Source: Armatimonadota bacterium
GTDB taxonomy: Bacteria; Armatimonadota; Hebobacteria; CAIYQO01
Assembly: GCA_038248345.1 (NCBI GenBank)
Contig: JBBRXO010000003.1
Coordinates: 9,361-73,360, forward strand
Reading direction: 5' to 3'
Length of the DNA stretch: 64,000 nt
Under the pieces are notes generated by a model. It worked only from the letters and a program-made list of their open reading frames with translations. It had not been told where the DNA came from and did no database searches. Of the stretch, positions 10,118 through 20,323 are shown in pieces (position 1 is the stretch's first letter; every line of letters starts with the position of its first letter). A program made the translations under genes and the position numbers.

Positions 10118-11014
10118 ATGAAATCACTTCTCGAACGCCTTGCCGCCGGTGAGATCCTTATCTCAGACGGGGCCATGGGCACTTTCCTTCAGGCGAAGGG
10201 CCTGCAACCCGGCGAATCTCCTGAGGCGTGGTGTTGCTCGCATCCGGACGCTGTGAAGAGTATTGCCGAGGCTTACATTGCTGCTGGCTCGGATATTGTT
10301 GAGACCGATTCCTTCGGCGGCACTACTTTCAAGCAGCGCGAATTCGGTCTGGCAGATAAGGTTGATGAGTTCAACACTGCCTCTGCCAAGCTAGCCAAAG
10401 AAGCCATGGGCGACAAAGGCTATGTGGCGGCATCGGTAGGCCCCACCGGGCAAATTGTCGAGGATGAGGGCGGCGATGTCACCGAAGAAGAGCTTTATGA
10501 AGCCTTCAAACAGCAAGTAATCGCGCTGGCCGCTGGCGGTGCCGATGCGGTCTGTATTGAAACCATGTCATCCGTTACTGAGGCAGTGCAAGCCATCAAA
10601 GCCAGCAAAGATAACACTGACCTGCTGGTGATTGCTACCTTCACCTTCGAGCCAGGTGCGCACGGCTTCCGCACAATGATGGGCGTCACCCCTTCGCGCG
10701 CCGCCGGGGAATCGGTGGCCGCCGGCGCCGACATCATTGGCGCTAATTGTGGCAATGGCATCGCTAATATGATTGAGATCACCCGCGAATTGCGCGCCGC
10801 CGCCCCTAATACCCCGATCCTTATCCACGCGAACGCTGGTATGCCGGTATTTGAAGACGGCAATACCGTATTCAAAGAGACTCCTGCCGACATGGCAGCC
10901 CGCGTAAAGGAATTGGTCGAAGCTGGAGCCAATATAATTGGTGGTTGCTGTGGCACCACGCCTGCGCATATAGCAGCGATGGCAGAAGTGGCACGGGGAT
11001 GTGGAAAAAGCTAA
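10118..11014 (+). CDS. Stand-alone homocysteine S-methyltransferase domain (MetH N-terminal domain-like)
   Basis: DGAMGT, GANCG and GGCCGTTP Zn ligands, NAGMP. Start moved to ATG 10118 behind RBS AGGAGG. No pterin- or B12-binding domains. Confidence 0.9.
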   Translation: MKSLLERLAAGEILISDGAMGTFLQAKGLQPGESPEAWCCSHPDAVKSIAEAYIAAGSDIVETDSFGGTTFKQREFGLADKVDEFNTASAKLAKEAMGDKGYVAASVGPTGQIVEDEGGDVTEEELYEAFKQQVIALAAGGADAVCIETMSSVTEAVQAIKASKDNTDLLVIATFTFEPGAHGFRTMMGVTPSRAAGESVAAGADIIGANCGNGIANMIEITRELRAAAPNTPILIHANAGMPVFEDGNTVFKETPADMAARVKELVEAGANIIGGCCGTTPAHIAAMAEVARGCGKS

Positions 11015-11049
11015 TCCAGTAAATACCGCCATAGCGTTTTAGCTACGAG

Positions 11050-11086
11050 AATGCCCGGCGAAGAGGCTTCGCCGGGCATTGTTTTT
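11050..11086. terminator. Intrinsic terminator between the convergent acs operon and rplY
   Basis: AATGCCCGGCGAAG-AGG-CTTCGCCGGGCATT followed by GTTTTT. Confidence 0.85.
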
Positions 11087-11094
11087 GCTTGAAA

Positions 11095-11691
11095 TTAAGC
11101 AACCGTTTCTTCAGGAGCTGCTTCCGCAACCACGCGCAGTGGCTGACGGATATGTGCTACGCACTCGGTGGGGTTGTCGAGTAACTCACAACCTTTAGGA
11201 AGTTCGATAGCACCGGCTTCCAGGATATCGCCGATCATCATCGCGGAGATGTCGTGCTTCACATTGTCAGGCACGGTGCCGGCGGCACTGCGTATATGCA
11301 ACGTGTGCATGCTAATATCCAGCATGCCGCCCATTGCGACGCCGGCGGCTTCGCCTTCCAGCACCACAGTTACAGTCACTTGCAGTTTTTCTTTCAAGGA
11401 GATGCGTTGCAAGTCGAGGTGCAGGGGAATCTGTTTGATCGCTTCGCGCTGCACGGATTTAACCAGTGCCAGTCCGCTGTCTTTACCGTCAATCAACAGA
11501 TTAACCAGCTGTGAGCCGGAACTGCTTTCATGCAGCATGACGCTCAACTGTCGCAGTTCCAGCACCAGTGATACCGGATCGCCATGTCCGTAAACTGATG
11601 CGGGTATGAGACCCTGATGGCGCAATTGGCGCGACGAGTTTGTGCCAGTGCCTGTGCGAGATGAACAGGTTAGCGTAGGATACATAGTCAT
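11095..11691 (-). CDS. rplY: 50S ribosomal protein L25/Ctc
   Basis: SRQLRHQGLIPASVYG, ALVKSVQR, HLDLQRI, GEAAGVAMGG. Confidence 0.9.
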   Translation of the reverse strand: MTMYPTLTCSSRTGTGTNSSRQLRHQGLIPASVYGHGDPVSLVLELRQLSVMLHESSSGSQLVNLLIDGKDSGLALVKSVQREAIKQIPLHLDLQRISLKEKLQVTVTVVLEGEAAGVAMGGMLDISMHTLHIRSAAGTVPDNVKHDISAMMIGDILEAGAIELPKGCELLDNPTECVAHIRQPLRVVAEAAPEETVA

Positions 11692-11882
11692 TTTAAGCTT
11701 CCTCTCTGATACACAGATGGTTGGAGGCTACCAAGGAGACTGTTTAGTGACTCGCGAGTCATCCAACAGCTCTACGGGAAGTCATTACCAAAAATGGTCA
11801 ATATAATGATAACAGTATTCGTGATTACTGTCCAATTTTGGCGTAACACCGCCCGGAGATTAGTATTAATGCTGCTAGACGA

Positions 11883-11966
11883 CTAGGCAGTTCCGCTGTT
11901 TGGAGCCTTGGAAACCTTCACTTTTTTAGGTTTCTTGGTATCTTTTTTCGGAGATTTATCTCCCAT
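11883..11966 (-). CDS. Unannotated 27-aa Lys-rich small protein MGDKSPKKDTKKPKKVKVSKAPNSGTA
   Basis: ATG preceded by GGAAAGGA SD-like sequence; TAG stop; below the ORF-track length cut-off. Confidence 0.55.
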   Translation of the reverse strand: MGDKSPKKDTKKPKKVKVSKAPNSGTA

Positions 11967-12356
11967 AGCGTACATCCTTTCCGATATCGAATATCCGATC
12001 TCTAAGATTACTCACACTAACAGGAATACCGGCCAGTGTCAAATAGTAGTAGGTATAATTTTTCCCATTGTTTGTCTGATTATCATGACACAACGAAAAA
12101 ATGTATCGATTTTAGAAAGCCGACGATAAAACTCGCCTGCTACTGGTTGGCTTTTCTGATATAAAAGCCTGGTAAAGTGGATAACCAGGATATCGCTGAC
12201 AATGCAACAATGCTTTAAAAAACAGTACCAGTAGGTTGATACTAGCAGGATACAGCTCCGGTACGATTTCACTCCCGTGAAATATCTCACAATGTGGCGA
12301 AAGCGATGATTTAAGTAAATAATAGTAGGTTGTTTGCTTACTAATAATTGCTACTT

Positions 12357-14971
12357 CTACGACCACTCAATGACGAAATAGCAGTTATCGGCGGCATTGT
12401 GGCGATACCAGGTGTTCTGGGTTTCTTCATCAGGATAACTGATATGGGCGTAGGTTTCGGTGCTTTCGACAGCAGCAGTCAGATTATTCCAGGTAACCGG
12501 CGCGCCATTGATCCATTGCCAGTGTTCATCACGATAGAAGAGTCCCAGATGATAATTACTTATTAAACTGGAATCACATACACTGGAGAGATAACGAAAC
12601 AACGCCTGGGTGGATCGCTGCGAAGTTGGACATGCGAGATGGCCACCCTGGCTTTGGCAGAAGGCTTCCGCGTCGTGCCAGGTCATCTGGTGCGGGATGG
12701 CGATAAATCGGAAACCATCACATTCAGTTACCCAGCGAGTGAGGTCTACAGTAGAGGTAGACGCTGATTGAGAAGGCATCCAAGCGCGTAACGCCTGATG
12801 GATGGGATCAAGCACGGAGAGAACATAACCGACACGATGACTATTAATCTGGCGTAACGTAGGGATATCAGTGAGATCAGGTAGTGCCTATTGATGTATG
12901 ATATTGAACTCCAATTGGCGTAAGGGTAATTGGCGCAGTACCGTGGCATTCGATGCTGTGAGCTGAACACCATCCAGTAAAAGTACCGCCAGCGGTTTAC
13001 CAGCTAATGGAGTAATATCCTCAATGAGAGTCTGGCGGCAGTCCAGAATAGTGAGGGGACTACTGGCGAGCGGGGATAGATCACGTATCGGATTCTTTCC
13101 GCACTCCAACCGGTGCAGTGGTAAACCCTGAAGCGGAGTTAGATCGGTAACATAATTCACCGTGAGCATAAGCTGCAATAATGAAGATCCGCTAAGTGGA
13201 GTCAGGTCGGTGATCTTGTTAAAGCGACAATCCAGCAATCTCAAGTGTATCCCTTGTAAAGGTGATAAGGTAGTGATGCCATTTGAATGGCATTGCAGAC
13301 TCTCCAGAGGTGTGCCGACCAATGGGGAGAGGTCAGTTATCTGATTATTATTAAACTCGCATTCCGTTAATGGCATCCCTCGTAGCGGAGATATATCAGT
13401 AATCAGGTTGGATCCGCAATCTAGAGTTCGTAATGGCATGCCCATTAAAGGTGAGAGGTCATTGATGCTATTACCTTGGCAGTTCAATAAGGTTAAAGAC
13501 ATGCCAGCGAGTGGTGTGAGCGATGTAATGCCAGTTTTACGAATATTCAGACGCTGTAACGACATACTGGCTATAGCGTTCAATATCGTTTGCTTCTCCT
13601 TGGCTGTCGAATTGATAAATAGCTGTCGGAGGCGATCCACGACTAAATGTGGAGTTTCGTCTGTACGATTCAAGGCCAATAGTTGTGTCAACGTCGTCAT
13701 TACTCCGGCGATATCATGTCGCGTCAGACGAAAAAGCGCTAGCTCGCGCAATGCCTGCTGAGCAAAGGGATGATCGACGCTAATCCCGATCGTTTCCAGG
13801 GCTGCATCTTTAGCGTCGCCATGATGATCTGGCATGGCCAGGGCGGCGAGATACGCTGCCTCATTGCGCAAGGCAGGGTCAGTGATCTCCTTACCAGTAC
13901 GTACAAACCACTTCCAGGCGAGTTCAGCTGCGCCCTGCGACATCAGCACGCGCCCGGGTTCCAATATCGATACATACATGGGGGAACGACGTGAATGAAT
14001 GCGTAGCTGGCGGATATCCGCGCTACCCTCATTAAAATGGCGTCCTAGCGCCACGTAGCGACAGGTATCGCCGGTGAGGGAGAAAGGGGCATGGTATTCC
14101 ATGATGCGTTGGCCATCTATTTCAGCATAAAAGGTATCCCGTTCACGCCAGAGTGACACACTGAATTGCGATGCTTCATGGTTTAGCATGATGTTGCACA
14201 CAGACAACACTTCCCAAGTACCATGTTGCACTGTTTCAAAGGTGATATGGTCATAATTCTGCAGGTGTAAGCGATAGCCAGTAAGGAGATCACCAGAGAC
14301 GGCGAGGTAGATATTTATACCATCGTGCAGGCGATTATCAATAACAACATCCAGGCAGGCCTCTTCTGATAGGTCACCTTCCCAACGCAGATGAGTCCAC
14401 CAGAAGGCCGGGAGCAGGCGGAGCATCCCGTCTTCCAGCACGATACGCTCAGGAGCAAGGTGTTGTGGCGCCTCCAATTCACTCGCGAAGTCCTGATACC
14501 AGTAGACGTTTAAGCGTGCATCGAGTTCTTGAGTCTGCGAAAAATCAGCCTCGAGTACAGTATTCCAGTGTACCTGAAAAAGCTCGCTTTGCTGCACAGT
14601 ACCCATCCCAATATTCGCAGAATCAGGCGCTGGTGGTAGTTCCTTCCGCTTTTGCGAGGGAGTTACCCCGAAGTATTTGTGGAAGAGGCGAGAAAAATAG
14701 AAACTGTCGGCATAGCCAACTGCTTCGGCGACAGCAACTATCGTCAATTCATGATTTAGCAGCAGTGTGGCGGCTTTTTCCATGCGAAGTGAAAGCAGAT
14801 AGTGAATGGGACTCATGCCGAAAAATCGCTTGAACCTTTTGCAAAAGTAATTAGGGGTGATGCAAAGAGAAGGGCGAGATCATCTAATGATATCGCCTCG
14901 ACGTAGTGTTCTTCCATGTAGGATTTTACACCGATGTATGTATATGGAATCTGAGCCTGATCATTTTGCAT
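12357..14971 (-). pseudogene. Disrupted hybrid regulator: AraC HTH, ConA/LamG-like domain, TPR-like helices, LRR, C-type lectin
   Basis: The upstream frame MQNDQ..YMEEHYVEAISLDDLA joins CITPNYFCKRFKRFFGMSPIHYL only through a 1-nt frameshift (~14863-14880). ORF 12888-14816 ends at a TAG that is in frame with the lectin ORF 12357-12815 (MTWHDAEAFCQSQGGHLAC, WQWING). Confidence 0.8.
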
Positions 14972-15328
14972 ATTATAGTCCGGGTGATACCTGACAAATT
15001 AAAGCCGAATGAGGGAAATGCATATTCAATTATGCCGGGAAATTGCGTAGTAAGTAGACCATTACCCCAACGCCAATGATTATGTTGAATTAGAATACTG
15101 TGAGTATAACGCAAAAAGACTATTTTATCCAGATATTGGCCTTTCTAGTCCATGTTATCTTTGCCAATGACGATATACAATGAATTATTAGAGTTGTACA
15201 CAAGCTGTTTTATAGCTAAAGTGCCCACCTTTCCTATCTTCTCCGTGTCCTCTCTGCCTCTGTGTTGAAAAAAGAATGGAATAACGGTGAGTTAAAGATT
15301 AATATCGCATTAAAATTCGTTTTTGCTA

Positions 15329-15356
15329 TTGACAACCAGAAAAAAGCTGGTATAAT
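15329..15356 (+). promoter_or_regulatory. Consensus sigma70 promoter for the prepilin-type gene
   Basis: TTGACA-16 nt-TATAAT with TGn extension. Confidence 0.75.
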
Positions 15357-15438
15357 TAAAAGTACAACTTATACGGTTTATCGGATGTTTAAGCTGGTCT
15401 GCCGGAAAATTTAATAAGTTGAAAAAAAGGAGAAGATT

Positions 15439-16605
15439 ATGTATTCATAACTACGTCGAGGGTTTACCCTCATCGAACTGCTGGTGGTTATCGCGATCAT
15501 CGCGATTTTAGCCGCCATTCTCTTTCCCGTGTTCTCTAAGGCTCGTGAAAAAGCCCGGCAGACACAGTGCCAGAACAACCAACGCCAGCTGGCCATCGCC
15601 ATCAGCATGTACACGCAGGAGCACGAAGAGACCCTGCCCTTAAATGCTACCGTTTGGCAGTCACTGAAATTGACCTCGGCACTCTCCTCCAACCAAGCCG
15701 CTTTAGCAGTAAGCAGTAGCGTAACCAAATGCCCGAACAAACCACAGGCTAATGGCTATGTCTACAATGGTATGCTCTCCGGCGTCTCCCTGGGCGATGC
15801 CAGCAAGGGCGACCCCACCGGCGTGTGGATGATTGCTGATGGAAATTCAGCTGATCCAGCTATGCCCAACGTAGCTTCTGGAATAGGTGATGTAGACGGC
15901 ATTCGCCACGCCAACAGCTTCATTGCCGCCGCCCTGGATGGCCATGTGGAAATGAACAAAACTGCCGACAAGGTCGCCTGGAATGGCCGTGCTGGCAACT
16001 ACGGTTTGCTGTTGTATAATAACCCGAATCTTTTTGCTGGTATGACATCAGGCTTAGTTACAACAAGTGGTTCGTTAACAGTTTCCCCACAAGCGCAAGC
16101 TGCTGGTACAGGAGAACCTTACAACTCTACTATCGTCTGGTTTGATTCACCAAACAATAAACTGACGTTAAATGCAGCAGCTCACGGACATTCCTCTGCT
16201 TCTATTGACTTTGCTTCATCTGTTGCCGGCGCTAACTATTTTGAAGTAACAGGAAGTATTAATTTCAGCAAATCTTGTTGGAGCGGCGATTCTGGCGGTG
16301 GTGCTGACCCAGGCGTATTAACCTTTGCTTCTGGTAATACTCCTATGGTAGTCATCAAAGGAGTGGGGAATACATCTATTACCGTAAATGATACAACTGT
16401 ACCTGGTATTAGCCCGACTGCAATCAATCTCTTCAAAGTAATAATCCGTAGTGACAACACCGTCACTGTCACTATTGGTGGAATATCAGTCAATACCACC
16501 GGTGGCCCAATCAACAAGATAACATTAGATTTACCGATTACTACTAGAGATACGCAAAGTCAATGCATCGCCGAATTATCCAATCTCGGTATTTTGGCAA
16601 AATAG
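15439..16605 (+). pseudogene. Prepilin-type N-terminal cleavage/methylation protein (DUF1559, H-X9-DG) with in-frame TAA at codon 4
   Basis: RBS AAGGAG, then ATG TAT TCA TAA CTA CGT CGA GGG TTT ACC CTC ATC GAA = [31 protein letters not shown]; [15 protein letters not shown] motif. Confidence 0.85.
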
Positions 16606-16641
16606 TTCGACCGATAATTAGAAACAAGCGACAACCCCGCC

Positions 16642-16707
16642 GGCCTCATCTACAACCGGGTACTGTCCGCCGCAGAGATCAGCGCACTGGCAGCTGGGAA
16701 GCAATAA
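16642..16707 (+). pseudogene. Orphan LamG-like C-terminal remnant GLIYNRVLSAAEISALAAGKQ*
   Basis: Matches the IYNRALSAAEI end motif of LamG-3/concanavalin domains; same frame as the upstream prepilin gene but separated from it by TAG and TAA. Confidence 0.6.
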
Positions 16708-16733
16708 GCCGGTAGTTTTACTCTGCGGCAAAC

Positions 16734-16776
16734 GACGATGGCGCTGCTGATCTATCAAATCAGTAGCGCCATCGTT
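16734..16776. terminator. Hairpin/terminator after the prepilin locus
   Basis: CGATGGCGCTGCTGAT-loop-ATCAGTAGCGCCATCG. Confidence 0.7.
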
Positions 16777-16822
16777 GTTCTGCAATTTCCTCACCCTCAC
16801 CGATTTCAGCTATAATAATCCC

Positions 16823-17971
16823 ATGGACAATCTGCCGCCTTTATACTTGGATTACGCCGCTACTACGCCGCTGGATGAGCACGTGCTTGCCACTATGCGC
16901 CCTTATCAGGAGAATGTTTTTGGCAACCCTTCCAGCCAGCATTCTTTTGGCCGCACTGCCCGGACCGCGGTGGATGCTGCGCGTGACATGGTGGCAGATC
17001 TACTGGGCGCGCGCTCTTCCGAGATTATCTTTACCAGCGGCGGCACTGAGGCTAACAATATTGCTCTCAAGGGTGTGGCTCATGCCGCTGTTGTACGTGG
17101 CGGAAATCATCTGATCACCACCGCCTTCGAGCACCATGCCGTTCTGGCTCCCTGCAAAACTCTGGCGCGTGAGGGTTTTCTGGTTACCTATTTGCAAACA
17201 GATACTAACGGCTACATATCCGCAGCGCAGGTGGCAAATAGCATTACCCCTGCTACCACGCTGGTCTCGGTGATGCTGGCGAATAACGAGATCGGTACTA
17301 TCCAACCCGTGCGTGAGATCGCCGATATCTGCCATACTCAGGGCGTCTATCTGCATACCGACGCTGTGCAAGCTGCCGGAGAATTTGTGCTCAAAGTCGA
17401 TGAATTAGGCGTTGACCTGCTCTCGTTGAGCGGCCATAAAATATATGGTCCTAAAGGGGTGGGGGTGCTTTACGTTCGTTCTGGTGTGCGTCTGCAACCG
17501 CAAATGGACGGCGGCGGCCAGGAGATGGAGCGCCGTGCTGGTACCGAGTCTGTCGCCGCCATCGTCGGCTTCGCCGAAGCCCTCCGTCTCGCGCACGACC
17601 CCGGCGAGATTACCCGTCAACAAATTCTTCGCGACCTGCTCATTGATGGCCTGTTGGCGCTCCCTGGAACTACGCTCAACGGCGGCCGCGCACCGCGTCT
17701 GTCCAACAACGTTAATGTCAGTTTCGCTGGTATCCCCGGGGAGACGATGCTCGTCGCCCTTGATCTCTCCGGCATTGCTATCAGCACCGGTGCCGCCTGC
17801 TCCGCGGGTGCGGTGGAGGCCAGTCATGTATTGTTGGCATTGGGCCGTTCCCCGGCCGTCGCCGCTGAAGCAATCCGCTTCTCGCTCGGCCGTGCGACGA
17901 CTGAAAGCGATATCATCCGTACCCTATCCACCGCCCAGGAGATAGCAGGCAGATTAAGGAACATAGCGTAG
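16823..17971 (+). CDS. iscS: Cysteine desulfurase (IscS/NifS group I)
   Basis: YLDYAATTP, FTSGGTEANN, HTDAVQA, SGHKIYGPKGVG, STGAACS; ATG 16823 lies 6 nt after TATAAT. Confidence 0.92.
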   Translation: MDNLPPLYLDYAATTPLDEHVLATMRPYQENVFGNPSSQHSFGRTARTAVDAARDMVADLLGARSSEIIFTSGGTEANNIALKGVAHAAVVRGGNHLITTAFEHHAVLAPCKTLAREGFLVTYLQTDTNGYISAAQVANSITPATTLVSVMLANNEIGTIQPVREIADICHTQGVYLHTDAVQAAGEFVLKVDELGVDLLSLSGHKIYGPKGVGVLYVRSGVRLQPQMDGGGQEMERRAGTESVAAIVGFAEALRLAHDPGEITRQQILRDLLIDGLLALPGTTLNGGRAPRLSNNVNVSFAGIPGETMLVALDLSGIAISTGAACSAGAVEASHVLLALGRSPAVAAEAIRFSLGRATTESDIIRTLSTAQEIAGRLRNIA

Positions 17972-18033
17972 ATTATTGACGCCCGCTCGCTATCGGGGTA
18001 CGATTAATGCAAATGTTTATTCGGGGGTGGGTG

Positions 18034-19014
18034 ATGAATAGTTGGCGGCGTTGGCTGGCGCTCATATGTGCTATAGCGGTAATGGGGTTTGCCATGGGGG
18101 CGGGGTGCGTCGGCGGGTCATCTGTTGCAGCCCCTGTCATTACGCCCAAGTTTGACTTTGACCGTGCTTTTGCTGATCTGGATAAACAACTCACCTTCGG
18201 TTTCCGGGTGCCCGGAACACCTGCGCATCAGAAGGTACAGGAGTGGATTGTGGAACAGATAAAGCCGTCTTGCGCCACGGTTACCTTGCAACCGTTCAAA
18301 GACACGCTGGGCGGCAAAGAGGTGCAGATGAATAACATCATCGGCAGCATCCCCGGCAACGGTAAGGCTCCCCGCGAGGTGGTAATCGTGGCCGCCCATT
18401 GGGATAGTCGCCCTACCGCCGATTACGATCCCGATGTAAAGAAGCGTCTCACTCCTATTCCCGGCGCCAACGACGGTGCCTCCGGGGTGGCAGTATTAAT
18501 TGAGATTGGCCGTCAACTAAAGGCCAACCCCATTACACGCGACGTGCTCCTGGTTTTCTTTGACGGCGAAGATTTTGGCACCTACCCGGATCAGGATCAA
18601 GACCGCAACATCAGTAAGATGCTCCTTGGCTCCAAATTCTACGCGAAGAATCTGCCTACGCCGAAACCATCATGGGGTATATTGCTAGACATGATCGGCG
18701 ACAAAGACCTGGCTGTCTACCGTGAGCCAAACTCGGATAAGTATGCCAAGGAAGTGAACGACCGTGTCTTCGCTGCCGCTAAAGAGATGGGTTATATGCG
18801 TACTGGCAAAACCTCCGGTTTCATCGACAAGCCCAACGCCTTTGCTATAGTTGACGACCACATCGCCATCAATGAAGCTGGGGTGCCGATGATTGACCTG
18901 ATCGACTTCAATTACAAGCCGTGGCATACTACATTAGATGATATCACCCAGGTAAGCCCGGATAGCCTGAAGATCGTCGGCAATACCGTGCTGTATGCGC
19001 TGCAGATGCCGTAG
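18034..19014 (+). CDS. M28 family peptidase / glutaminyl cyclase-like lipoprotein
   Basis: Signal peptide with GAGC lipobox; AHWDSRP, GANDGASGV, FDGED, LDMIG, DDH, WHT. Confidence 0.88.
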   Translation: MNSWRRWLALICAIAVMGFAMGAGCVGGSSVAAPVITPKFDFDRAFADLDKQLTFGFRVPGTPAHQKVQEWIVEQIKPSCATVTLQPFKDTLGGKEVQMNNIIGSIPGNGKAPREVVIVAAHWDSRPTADYDPDVKKRLTPIPGANDGASGVAVLIEIGRQLKANPITRDVLLVFFDGEDFGTYPDQDQDRNISKMLLGSKFYAKNLPTPKPSWGILLDMIGDKDLAVYREPNSDKYAKEVNDRVFAAAKEMGYMRTGKTSGFIDKPNAFAIVDDHIAINEAGVPMIDLIDFNYKPWHTTLDDITQVSPDSLKIVGNTVLYALQMP

Positions 19015-19025
19015 AGAAAAACCGG

Positions 19026-19164
19026 ATCCACCCCGTAAACGAGGTGGCTAGCAAGGGCAAGCACGCTAAAGCGCGCTGTTTTCAATTCGTAAATTACGTG
19101 GTCAATGTTCTTAGCGCCCTTTAGGGTGCTTTCAGTTGTTAGCCACCTCCTTCAGGGGGTGGAT
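19026..19164. repeat. Inverted pair of 52-nt bipartite palindromic units (REPIN/IS200-IS605-end-like)
   Basis: Left ATCCACCCCGTAAACGAGGTGGCTAGCAAGGGCAAGCACGCTAAAGCGCGCT; right (reverse complement) ATCCACCCCCTGAAGGAGGTGGCTAACAACTGAAAGCACCCTAAAGGGCGCT. Confidence 0.8.
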
Positions 19165-19181
19165 TAAGGTAAAAAACCAAA

Positions 19182-20207
19182 ATGGATGAACGGATAATTT
19201 CAGGCAAAGAAGCCATTGAAGACGTGGTGAGCTCCTCGGCGTTGCGCCCGTTGACTTTGGCGGAGTACATCGGGCAGACGCAGATCAAGGAGAACCTGTC
19301 CACCTGTATTCAGGCGGCGAAGGGGCGCGAGGAGACGCTGGACCACGTGCTGCTCTACGGCCCGCCGGGGCTGGGCAAGACCACGCTGGCGCAGATAATC
19401 GCGCATGAGATGGGCGCGGAGATAGTCTGCAGCAGCGGCCCGGCGATGGAGCGCGCCGGCGACCTGGTGGGCATCCTTACTAACCTGCCGAAAAACTCGG
19501 TCTTCTTCATAGATGAGATTCACCGCTTGCCGCGCGTGGTAGAGGAGTACCTCTACTCGGCGATGGAGGACTTCTCCGTCGACTTCATGATCGACAAGGG
19601 CGCCTTCGCCAAGAGCATCAAGATGCCGGTGCAACGCTTCACGCTGGTGGGGGCCACCACGCGAGCGGGCAAGTTGACGGCCCCACTGCGTGAGCGTTTC
19701 GGCATATTTTACCATCTGGAATTCTACCCGGTGGAGGAGCTGGTGAAGATCGTCAACCGCTCGGCGCGCCTATTGAAGGTAGAGATTGACGCCCCCGGTG
19801 CCGAGGAGATCGCCCGCCGCAGCCGTGGCACCCCGCGCATCGCCAACCGCCTGCTGCGCCGCGTGCGCGACTACGCCCAGGTGAAGGCTGACGGCATCAT
19901 CACCTGCGAGATAGCCGATACGGCACTGCTGGCGTTGGGGGTAGACCGGCTGGGACTGGATGAGCTGGACCGTAAGCTGCTGCGCACCATCATCGACTTC
20001 TACCAGGGCGGCCCGGTAGGCGTGGAGGCGATAGCCGCCACCATCAATGAGGAGAGCGAGACGCTGGTGGACATGGTAGAGCCATTCCTGCTGAAGATCG
20101 GCTACCTCAGCCGCACCCCCAGTGGTCGCAAAGCCACCCACCTGGCCTACCAGCACTTCGGCCTGTCGCAGGGCGATGTTACGGCGGGGACGTTGTTTGG
20201 GGAGTGA
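19182..20207 (+). CDS. ruvB: Holliday junction branch migration ATPase RuvB
   Basis: [48 protein letters not shown]. Confidence 0.98.
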   Translation: MDERIISGKEAIEDVVSSSALRPLTLAEYIGQTQIKENLSTCIQAAKGREETLDHVLLYGPPGLGKTTLAQIIAHEMGAEIVCSSGPAMERAGDLVGILTNLPKNSVFFIDEIHRLPRVVEEYLYSAMEDFSVDFMIDKGAFAKSIKMPVQRFTLVGATTRAGKLTAPLRERFGIFYHLEFYPVEELVKIVNRSARLLKVEIDAPGAEEIARRSRGTPRIANRLLRRVRDYAQVKADGIITCEIADTALLALGVDRLGLDELDRKLLRTIIDFYQGGPVGVEAIAATINEESETLVDMVEPFLLKIGYLSRTPSGRKATHLAYQHFGLSQGDVTAGTLFGE

Positions 20208-20323
20208 AGGCGGTTGGTGGTTTAGGTTTAATTCACAGGATATCAGGATTAGAGGGATGTGGGTGAATTGAAAGCTTCACGCTGGCTATGCTTTGGACAT
20301 TTTTTGTTAGTTTCAACTGAATA

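Noticed and set aside
12200-12310. Short frame CFKKQYQ*..DFTPVKYLTMWRKR resembling an AraC fragment
   Set aside because: Too short and degenerate to support without a search
15236-15266. CTCCGTGTCCTCTCTGCCTCTGTG pyrimidine-rich motif, and a CAGGAT repeat near 20236
   Set aside because: Single short occurrences; they may be dispersed repeats but this cannot be shown within the window
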